DNA from: an uncultured virus (IMG/VR IMGVR_UViG_3300012983_000042)
Taxonomy: Duplodnaviria > Heunggongvirae > Uroviricota > Caudoviricetes
Strand: one strand, 5' to 3'
DNA: 64,000 bases
IMG/VR virus record: IMGVR_UViG_3300012983_000042
Shown: one piece after another, positions 49,745-57,490 of the stretch
How the letters are laid out: each line of letters begins with the position of its first letter
How positions within the stretch are numbered: the first letter of the stretch is position 1
Notes under the pieces: generated by a model
What the model saw: only the letters and a program-made list of their open reading frames with translations
Told to the model about the DNA's origin: nothing
Database searches by the model: none
Translations under genes and position numbers: made by a program

Positions 49745-50971
49745 TTGAACATTATTTTAGGTAAACTAGGCGGCATAGGCACATCGTTTCTTGATGGATA
49801 TAAAGAATACGGCGGAGACTTAATTGCTAAAATGTTTATAGACTTTGCTAAACGCCACCCAGAAAATAAGTACTACCTAGCATCAACTAATGATATGGAT
49901 AAAGCTTTTACAGGCTTTAATGCATCAAAACAACCTTCCAACTTAATCAACTACTATAAAAGACAGAAACAATGGTGTGTAGATCACGGAGTAAGGCATC
50001 AACAGGATGACGCATATAGAATGCTTGAAGCTTCTCTTGAAGAAGATGATATCAAGATAGATAAGATTATTGTACTTGCAGCTTCTTGTGCTAATGCAAC
50101 ATTATGGAACTTAACATACACATTTGATGGTACAAGAATGCGCTCTCCTTTAGCTTCTTGTCGCAACGGCTCTCAAATTATTTACTTTGCATCAATGCAT
50201 CCTGAAGTTGAGTTTGACTGGATTCTTGATGATCCTCGTATCTTTTTGACATATCCTGTTGACCTTATAAAATGTCCTGACAATGTTGCGTCTCAGTCAA
50301 ATGCTGAGTATGATGTAGATGTTTGTAGCGGCTATGGCGAAGCTTCAAAGACAATGAAAACTAATCATATCAAATGTTCATACTCACATCTTGAAAAGTA
50401 CTTCCTTAAAGGAAAGAAGAAAGTTGATTGGAGAAATGATAAAAGAAGCAACAAGTTCATAATGACTTTGCACGGACTTCCTGACAGAGCAAAGTTGTTC
50501 AAAAAATGGATTTATGACTTTGACCCAACTATCAAAGCTTATGGTAAAAACTGGAGTGAAAATGCTGCAACACGCGGGACTGTTGAAAGACTTAAGTTGC
50601 CATTTGATAATTTTGAAAATAAACCAATTCTTGAAATAGAAGACTTAATGTGGGATTCTAAATACACATTCATTCCTCCTGTGTCACTAAAGCATACAAC
50701 ATTTGTCACTCAAAAAGTTTGGACAATGTTATATTATGGCATCATACCTTTCTGGTGCAAAAGTGAGTATGACACATCAAACATTTATTCTGATTTCCCA
50801 GATTATTTGAAAGTTACTTCACCTAAAGAAATGTGGGATAAAATAAACTTCCTCGAGACTAATCCCGAGGAATATAATAAAATCCGAAATGAATTATTTA
50901 CTTTACTTGATGATAAATACTTTAATTCTGATGTCATTCTTGATGAAATCGAGAAAGTAATTAAACAATAA
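49745..50971 (+). CDS. T4 beta-glucosyltransferase-like DNA glycosyltransferase (GT-B)
   Basis: Colinear similarity to T4 BGT as recalled: ILDDPR/LFTDIR, VASQ/VISQ, FVTQKVW/FITLRVW, EYDT/EFDT, VTSPKEMWDKINFL/VNNRAELIDRVNEL; TTG start after GGAGG. Confidence 0.7.
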   Translation: MNIILGKLGGIGTSFLDGYKEYGGDLIAKMFIDFAKRHPENKYYLASTNDMDKAFTGFNASKQPSNLINYYKRQKQWCVDHGVRHQQDDAYRMLEASLEEDDIKIDKIIVLAASCANATLWNLTYTFDGTRMRSPLASCRNGSQIIYFASMHPEVEFDWILDDPRIFLTYPVDLIKCPDNVASQSNAEYDVDVCSGYGEASKTMKTNHIKCSYSHLEKYFLKGKKKVDWRNDKRSNKFIMTLHGLPDRAKLFKKWIYDFDPTIKAYGKNWSENAATRGTVERLKLPFDNFENKPILEIEDLMWDSKYTFIPPVSLKHTTFVTQKVWTMLYYGIIPFWCKSEYDTSNIYSDFPDYLKVTSPKEMWDKINFLETNPEEYNKIRNELFTLLDDKYFNSDVILDEIEKVIKQ

Positions 50972-51914
50972 AGCCTAGGTTTACTTTTCCCTGCGTACAA
51001 TCTATCTCGCAGCGATTCCATTGAACATTTGGAACAGCTTGTAAGCGGTCAAGAATATACTTTGCATCGTGTTGAATGTCTGCTTGCTCTATGTCTGTTC
51101 CTATGAATAACTCAACAGAGTAAGTAGCATTACATTCAAACTTAGGTTCGTTATCCAGCATATTAAACACAGCGTTAAAGTTTTCACCTTTAAATGCTTT
51201 ATTATTTCCCAAAAGTTCAATTAAAGCAACTTCTGCAAGCGGCATAATAGTCTTTTGAATAGTCGCAATCTTTGCCATAATTTGCTGTGGCATTTGAGCG
51301 AGTTGACTGAAGTTGCCACTTTCAAACTTAATAGATGCTTCGCCTTCAGGATTGATTGCATCAAATTGTAGTGATGAGTCCTGAGCTACTTGCGTATCAG
51401 TTCCATCATTAAGTTGCAACGGATCACCCTGAGCACTAATAGCAGGACCACCGCCATTAGGAATAGGAGCAGATGAAGGCATTTTCAAAGGAGCTTCACC
51501 TTGCTGTAAGTCGTTGTTAAGTTCAACTTGTTCATCAGACTGAACATTTGGGTCAACTTCAGCTGCTATGGGATTCTCAGGTTCTTCAGCAGCAGCTTCT
51601 TCGCCACTACCTGCAGCATTAGGACCTTGTTGTTCATTAGGATCTTCTTCCTGATTAGCTGCTGTATCATCTTCCTTCAAGTGTACAGACTCAGTAAGTA
51701 CATCAGGAATTTTTTCATATCCATTTACTGTCAAACAGCGTTCAAGTCCTTCAATAGAAGCATCACGAGTCTCAAAGTGAGCAGAGTCAAGTTTATCTTT
51801 TGTAATATTTCTCCCAATCTTAAAGCAAACATAATCTGCTTCAGGCTCAATCTCAATGACGCCAATTCTTATGCCGTTTTTATTTTCAAAAATGTCGCCA
51901 ATTTTAATTTCCAT
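50961..51914 (-). CDS. acidic late protein (possible internal head protein)
   Basis: Class-3 motif; VLTESVHLKE followed by a disordered acidic stretch. Confidence 0.65.
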   Translation of the reverse strand: MEIKIGDIFENKNGIRIGVIEIEPEADYVCFKIGRNITKDKLDSAHFETRDASIEGLERCLTVNGYEKIPDVLTESVHLKEDDTAANQEEDPNEQQGPNAAGSGEEAAAEEPENPIAAEVDPNVQSDEQVELNNDLQQGEAPLKMPSSAPIPNGGGPAISAQGDPLQLNDGTDTQVAQDSSLQFDAINPEGEASIKFESGNFSQLAQMPQQIMAKIATIQKTIMPLAEVALIELLGNNKAFKGENFNAVFNMLDNEPKFECNATYSVELFIGTDIEQADIQHDAKYILDRLQAVPNVQWNRCEIDCTQGKVNLGFIV

Positions 51915-51930
51915 AGTTAATTCCTTAAAA

Positions 51931-51944
51931 AATTAGTTAATATT
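51931..51944. promoter_or_regulatory. overlapping divergent class-3 (-) and class-2 (+) motifs
   Basis: AATTAGTTAATATT. Confidence 0.55.
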
Positions 51945-51961
51945 TTAATAGAGGTTAATAT

Positions 51962-52333
51962 ATGAGTTCAAAAGCAAAGAAATTAGGAAAAATTATTTGT
52001 AAAGATCAATCATTAAAAGCTACAAAAGAAATCTCAGAAAACTTAATTCTTATGGGCCACTGTTCTTGCGGCGCTCCCATCTTTAGTTATCTTGATGTAG
52101 CGGATCCAAAAGACAGGTACAATCTATACTGTATGGGAAAAGATTGCGGATATGTAAGTGACATTCGTTTCCCAAGAAATGTAGACAATTTCTTTATGAA
52201 GCATCCACACTCGCCTTTAGAGATGTTACAAGCTGCCTACAAAGAAAAAGGTCTTGACATCACAGAAGAAATCAAAACTGCACCACAGTCTGAGTTGGTA
52301 GGATCATACTTTGCAAAAAATGAAGGGAGATAA
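51962..52333 (+). CDS. hypothetical Cys-rich (possible Zn-binding) protein
   Basis: CSCG...YCMGKDCG. Confidence 0.65.
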   Translation: MSSKAKKLGKIICKDQSLKATKEISENLILMGHCSCGAPIFSYLDVADPKDRYNLYCMGKDCGYVSDIRFPRNVDNFFMKHPHSPLEMLQAAYKEKGLDITEEIKTAPQSELVGSYFAKNEGR

Positions 52334-52338
52334 CATTT

Positions 52339-52575
52339 ATGGAAAAAACAACAGCAAAAGACAGAGTTAAGATTGAAAGAGATGAGCTTTCAAAGAAAAT
52401 TGAAAAACTTGAAAATCTTGTAGGTAAAGTTAAAGCAAACAATATGCCGAATCATCAAAAACTTTTAGATTCACTCTCAAACGAACAAAAGAAATTGCTT
52501 AGAAAGCAGTTGAAAGTTATGAAAGAGTATCGACATATTCTTGAAAGAAGACTTTCTATTTGGCAAGAGGAATAG
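52339..52575 (+). CDS. crAss001_48-related small coiled-coil protein
   Basis: RVKIERDEL..KIEKL...LLRKQLKVMKEY..ILERR. Confidence 0.6.
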   Translation: MEKTTAKDRVKIERDELSKKIEKLENLVGKVKANNMPNHQKLLDSLSNEQKKLLRKQLKVMKEYRHILERRLSIWQEE

Positions 52576-52578
52576 AGA

Positions 52579-53415
52579 ATGAGTCGAGAAGAAAATGTAA
52601 AAATCTTTGAAGACACAGTCCAACGCTATCATACAGACAAGGATTTAATTGAGATTATTAAAAAGCAAAATGCTTATACCCAAGTAATTCCTGAAGGTAA
52701 AAAAGTTGAGTATGTTCGTCCGGAAAGCGAAGATCTTGAACCTATGAAAGTTGTTGTGACACAGTCAAAGACATTTGATGCAGCACGCAAGTACAAAGAA
52801 CGCAAGACTGCTGTACTCAACTTTGCATCAGCAACTACTCCCGGAGGTGGCGTCACTAAAGGCGCAACTGCTCAAGAAGAATGTCTTTGTCGATGCTCAA
52901 CTCTTTACGCAACGCTATCGAACAAAAGATGTTGGGATGAGTTCTATAAGCCGCATAGAAACAAGCTAAACGCCTTGCATAATGATGACATTATATGGAC
53001 TCCTGATGTTGCAGTCATTAAAGATGATGATTATAATCTTTTAGATTGGCAAGATTGGAAGTATGTTTCAGTCATTACTTGTGCAGCACCAAATCTTCGG
53101 GAAAAGAATGTCGATATGTTCAATGTTGACAAGCCACTTAGTGAAAGAATCTCAAATGATGAATTGTTCAAAATTCACTACAAAAGAGCTATGAAAATCT
53201 TTGCAGTTGCTGCTAAGAAGCAAGTTGTCAATTTGGTAGTAGGTGCTTTTGGGTGCGGAGCTTTTCGCAATGATCCTGAGACTGTTGCAAGAGCTTGGAA
53301 GAAAGCAACTGAAGACTTCGCTTTCCCAGGAATGACAATCGAGTTTGCCATCTATGACGGACCTTACTCAAATAATTTTGAAGTTTTTAAGAAAATTATT
53401 GAACTTTCAAAATAA
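52579..53415 (+). CDS. TIGR02452/DUF2263 bacterial-type PARG macrodomain protein
   Basis: VLNFASATTPGGG...AQEECLCR, CAAPN, GAFGCGAFRN. Confidence 0.92.
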   Translation: MSREENVKIFEDTVQRYHTDKDLIEIIKKQNAYTQVIPEGKKVEYVRPESEDLEPMKVVVTQSKTFDAARKYKERKTAVLNFASATTPGGGVTKGATAQEECLCRCSTLYATLSNKRCWDEFYKPHRNKLNALHNDDIIWTPDVAVIKDDDYNLLDWQDWKYVSVITCAAPNLREKNVDMFNVDKPLSERISNDELFKIHYKRAMKIFAVAAKKQVVNLVVGAFGCGAFRNDPETVARAWKKATEDFAFPGMTIEFAIYDGPYSNNFEVFKKIIELSK

Positions 53416-53427
53416 GTCTTTTATATT
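53399..53427 (+). promoter_or_regulatory. class-1 (early) promoter
   Basis: TTGAAC-N17-TATATT. Confidence 0.8.
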
Positions 53428-53460
53428 ATTATTGTAACTTGACAAAAAGGAGCAGTAATA

Positions 53461-53697
53461 ATGGCAAAGAAAAAGCCTGAGTTGATAATGACAATACCTG
53501 TAGGCGGTCCATTCGATAAAATGGAAGTAGAGATTTGGAACGATATTCAAAGTGTGAGAACTCTTGGTCCAAACAAAGTTGAATTCACTCGAGATAATGG
53601 ATGGAAATCTGAGGTTGCATCAGGCGACGCAGCAGGAATCAACAAAGTTTATGCTGTTGCAGTTGCAGTCATCGCAGGAAGAAATTACGGAGCTTAA
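53461..53697 (+). CDS. hypothetical early protein
   Basis: AGGAG SD after a class-1 promoter. Confidence 0.7.
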   Translation: MAKKKPELIMTIPVGGPFDKMEVEIWNDIQSVRTLGPNKVEFTRDNGWKSEVASGDAAGINKVYAVAVAVIAGRNYGA

Positions 53698-53698
53698 A

Positions 53699-54589
53699 AT
53701 GGAAACAAAGAAATATCCTTGGTCAGCATCTCGTATCGGATGTTTTGCAGAGTGTTCACTTAAATACAAATTGAATTATGTAGAAGGATGGAAAAGTGAT
53801 GCACCTGTCAACACACAACTTGCCGATAAAGGAAGCGCATTTCACAAGGCAGCAGAAGATTATCATACAGGAATGTCAGAGGAAGACTTCCGCAAAAATC
53901 TTGCAAAGTATGCTGAAGCTTATCACGTGAATACGACTGATCCTGAAAAAGAATTTTACTATGACTATGAACCTGCTATCAAAAAGTTTTTCGCTTTTTG
54001 GAAACACTTTGTTGAGCCTCGTGAACAGCACGGGTACACAGTTGGTCAGGAACTTAAGGTTGGCAATGTTATCAACGGAGAAGCATTCACAGGATCACTT
54101 GACTTGTGTATCGAAAATGATATGGAAATTTTGATTTTCGACTACAAAACTGGCCGCTCAATCAATGTAAATAGTTATAAAAATCAACAATTACTTTATG
54201 CTTACTTAAAAGGTCTTGAAAGAGGATGGGACATTAAAGAGATGGCAAAAAAGATCCGCTGCTATATATTCGGACCTCTTATTGAAGATCTCCCAAAAAA
54301 GACAGTTGAACAGAATATGCTTCGTGGCGTAAAAGAAATTGAATACACTGAAGAAGATCTTCGCCACATCATCGAAGATTACTATATGAAAAACATCGAT
54401 GATATCCATTCAATGAACTGGGCGAGAGCTCGTGGAAAAACACAAGATTTCCACGCTTGTCAATGGTGCCCTTACTTAGGCTCAAAAGAAAATCCTGAAA
54501 CAGGATTTTGCGGATGTAAAGTAACTGCAGACCTAGGATTCAGTTCACCAGAAGGCGTTTCATTCCACAGTAAAAAGCTTGGAAAATAA
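53699..54589 (+). CDS. PD-(D/E)XK RecB/Cas4-like exonuclease
   Basis: WSASRI..FAEC, GSAFH, E..GSLDL, DYKTG, QQLLY, CQWCPY..C; start ATG 53699 (GGAG SD). Confidence 0.88.
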   Translation: METKKYPWSASRIGCFAECSLKYKLNYVEGWKSDAPVNTQLADKGSAFHKAAEDYHTGMSEEDFRKNLAKYAEAYHVNTTDPEKEFYYDYEPAIKKFFAFWKHFVEPREQHGYTVGQELKVGNVINGEAFTGSLDLCIENDMEILIFDYKTGRSINVNSYKNQQLLYAYLKGLERGWDIKEMAKKIRCYIFGPLIEDLPKKTVEQNMLRGVKEIEYTEEDLRHIIEDYYMKNIDDIHSMNWARARGKTQDFHACQWCPYLGSKENPETGFCGCKVTADLGFSSPEGVSFHSKKLGK

Positions 54590-54593
54590 AAAT

Positions 54594-54618
54594 AAAGGCG
54601 GCATTCAGCCGCCTTTTT
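54594..54618. terminator. bidirectional terminator
   Basis: AAAGGCGG-CATTCAG-CCGCCTTT + T tract. Confidence 0.8.
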
Positions 54619-54633
54619 GATTGCAGTCTCTAA

Positions 54634-55338
54634 TTAAAGAGCATCATCGAAAAGTTCATCATTGAATGAGAAGATATCTTCTGGTGTTGGATTTTCACTG
54701 TGGATTCTTTCATCTTCCATTTTGTCAAAATCAAACTTATCATCTTCATAGTCAAAAGCATCGTTGAAGTCTTCAGCATAATCATCGTTAAGATAATCTG
54801 TATCAGATTCTGGGATACTTGAGTCATATCCTTCAGAGTCAATGCCTTCTTCATCAAGAATTGCATCAAAAGAGAACTCATTGTTTTCATTCAACTTTTC
54901 AGCAAACTCTTTAGTGTTTTCTTCAAGCTTGTTCTTTTTATACTTTTCAAGATCAACACTTTCTTGTGCAATAGATGACTGAGGAATATTTGTTCTAGGT
55001 GTTAAGTCAACTGCTGGTGCAGTAGGTGCATTCCCTGCTCTAGGAGCAGCTGCTTGTCCGTTACGGATTGCTTCTGCAGAAGATTTTGTTCTTAAGTCAC
55101 CAAGAGGAATATTGTCAACATAATCTTTTAAGTTCTTAATAGAGTTTTGTCCTGCTCCATTAACCAAGTCTAAAACAGCATCTGCTGATGCGTTCAACTG
55201 AACAGGAAGAACTTTAGCTATATCACCGTTGAGAGAAACTGCAGCTTGAGAAACTGCGTCAAAGTCATCAACGATTGAAAGTAACTTCTGTTCAATTTTG
55301 TCTAGAGTAGTCCAAAGTTGGTCTGGATTTACTGCCAT
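54634..55338 (-). CDS. acidic late protein (possible internal head/scaffold protein)
   Basis: AGGAG SD; KLEE, KLNE, FSFDAILDEE; very acidic C-terminus. Confidence 0.65.
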   Translation of the reverse strand: MAVNPDQLWTTLDKIEQKLLSIVDDFDAVSQAAVSLNGDIAKVLPVQLNASADAVLDLVNGAGQNSIKNLKDYVDNIPLGDLRTKSSAEAIRNGQAAAPRAGNAPTAPAVDLTPRTNIPQSSIAQESVDLEKYKKNKLEENTKEFAEKLNENNEFSFDAILDEEGIDSEGYDSSIPESDTDYLNDDYAEDFNDAFDYEDDKFDFDKMEDERIHSENPTPEDIFSFNDELFDDAL

Positions 55339-55411
55339 TATTTATCTCCTATTTTCATTGAAAGTAAAGATTAGGAGTTCTTTACTCCCAACTACTTATT
55401 TATAAAATTAG

Positions 55412-57490
55412 TTAAATGTTTTCTCTAATTGTGATTCCTCTAAATCTCGTTTGAGAACTATATGTTATACCTACACGAATGTACAATGCGCCTTCAAGTG
55501 GCTTAGGTCCAAAAGTACAATATATCTCTCCATCTTTTGAGTCTTGAACTGCAAGACATCCTTGCATCCACTTTAAGTTTGTTCCAATGCCATCGTACGG
55601 CTCTTTTGCATCTAGCCAATCTGTTTCTTTGTCAACTTTGATGTACATTGAGTCAACTTTGAAAGCGTGTGTTTCTTTATCTTGCGATAAGTTTTCAGCT
55701 CCATCAAAAGATAAAAAGATTCCGTTTGCTATAGACATATCATACTTAAATGTCACATAACGAACGCCTGTTCTTGGACATTTGCTATAGTCAAGAGCTG
55801 TTCTTAACCAAGACTTGTCTGACCAATTACCATTTGCAAGATTGCCGCTACCATTCACTGAGTGGTCAATCTCTGGCCATCTATAAACTCCGCCTAAAAG
55901 TTGAAGTTCGTTGTTAGTACGAAGGTCCTCTGCAGGGTCCCATTCAAGACAAGCGCCTTCAATCTTTTCATTATGAACGCTTCCTGACTTAACACGATTG
56001 CTTTCATCAGAGACTGTGTCTATACGGAAGTTGTAAGTGTTTCCTAATTCACCATTAACGTTTCCAAAGATGTCAAATGTCTTTATGTCAAGCTTAAAGT
56101 CCTCAGAGTACTTGTTCTCTAGAATAGTGATGTCTTCGTTGACTTCAAGCATTGGCGAGTACTTTTCGTAAGGTGCTTCAACATCTTTAGTGATCTCAAC
56201 ACCTTGTGTCTCATTCTCAACTCTATATAAAACTTGTTGGTCTCTATAGTACTTTTTCAAAACATTATACTTAATAGAACTTACATTGATGATTGAGCCG
56301 GCTGTAGGTGTTATGATGCCTGACACATAGCGGTAGCTCATCTTTGGTGAACCTAACACAATAGTCTGTCCATCAAGGTGATTCATCTCTTCAGGTGGCT
56401 GCTCTTCACAAACTACAAGTTCATTTGAATAGTACATAGTGTCAAAGTACCGATATCTTGCTACAAAGCGCATTGGAGCAGTATGTGACTTAAAGATGCC
56501 TGAAATGTTCTCAAAGCTGTTCGTAAAGTGGAACTTCATTGAGTTGAAGAAGCCTCTTGATGCAAGTGAGTTGGCGTAAGCATCTCCATCATAGTCGATT
56601 ACTATACCGCCATTCACAATGGACTTCCCAGGCTTATCGAGCTCAATGTAAGCAAACTCTTGCCAAGAAGCGCCTGTGTTCACAAGCAATGATACACGAC
56701 CATAACCAGGATTGTGAAACTCTGGAACATTTAATGTCCATTCATAGTCAGGAAGAACGATGTTGTCAAAGTGTTCAAGTGTTACGATGTCAGTACCATC
56801 AAACTTTTTATCACAAATGAACTCTATGTCTTTTCCTGCAAATGTGTCAGGAGTTGGTGGTAGCATCTTTTCAACATCTACATTAAGCTTACCTAGTTCA
56901 CTGTCAACATAGAACTTAGTAGCAACTGATTGGTCTTCAGTAGGAACATACTCTGGCATCATTAGCTGAGAACCGTCTGTTGTGATCATATGCTCTGGGA
57001 GCTTTCGTCCACAGTAGCGGTAGCCTGACACATATAGAGGAAGTTCATAGCCTTTTGGCATACCATCAGTGAATGATAGATAGCCGACACCCGAGTCAAT
57101 AGTCCACTTTTTAAGGCCGAAAGGTATGATGTCACCTGCAGCATCTCGAATAGTCAAATGGTAGCTTTCGTTTTGGATTGCATCAACTAAAGACTTCGAA
57201 TAGAAGACTGCTCTTTCATTCACTTTCTCTAGCTGAACATCAAACTTTTCAATGATGCCCACTGTTGAGCCATTGATGGTCTTAAAGTAGATGTCGCCTT
57301 TGAACATCACTTTCGTAGGGTCTTCTGGGATGTGTTCAGAGTCTAACCAAATTGCCTTTGCGTCAACCCTAGGTGTAACGGTCTCAGGCTCTTCATACCA
57401 AGCAAGATTGTTGTCCGTATGAGACTTGTTCTTGACTGTGTTCTTGTATGTTGCTTCTGCAATATGTCTAATGTAATTATCTTCGCTCAT
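55412..57490 (-). CDS. virion protein, paralogue of 9907..15195
   Basis: IPFGLKKWTIDSGVG...YRYCG N-domain; WLDAKEPYDG...CTFG...LYIRVGI C-domain. Confidence 0.65.
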   Translation of the reverse strand: MSEDNYIRHIAEATYKNTVKNKSHTDNNLAWYEEPETVTPRVDAKAIWLDSEHIPEDPTKVMFKGDIYFKTINGSTVGIIEKFDVQLEKVNERAVFYSKSLVDAIQNESYHLTIRDAAGDIIPFGLKKWTIDSGVGYLSFTDGMPKGYELPLYVSGYRYCGRKLPEHMITTDGSQLMMPEYVPTEDQSVATKFYVDSELGKLNVDVEKMLPPTPDTFAGKDIEFICDKKFDGTDIVTLEHFDNIVLPDYEWTLNVPEFHNPGYGRVSLLVNTGASWQEFAYIELDKPGKSIVNGGIVIDYDGDAYANSLASRGFFNSMKFHFTNSFENISGIFKSHTAPMRFVARYRYFDTMYYSNELVVCEEQPPEEMNHLDGQTIVLGSPKMSYRYVSGIITPTAGSIINVSSIKYNVLKKYYRDQQVLYRVENETQGVEITKDVEAPYEKYSPMLEVNEDITILENKYSEDFKLDIKTFDIFGNVNGELGNTYNFRIDTVSDESNRVKSGSVHNEKIEGACLEWDPAEDLRTNNELQLLGGVYRWPEIDHSVNGSGNLANGNWSDKSWLRTALDYSKCPRTGVRYVTFKYDMSIANGIFLSFDGAENLSQDKETHAFKVDSMYIKVDKETDWLDAKEPYDGIGTNLKWMQGCLAVQDSKDGEIYCTFGPKPLEGALYIRVGITYSSQTRFRGITIRENI

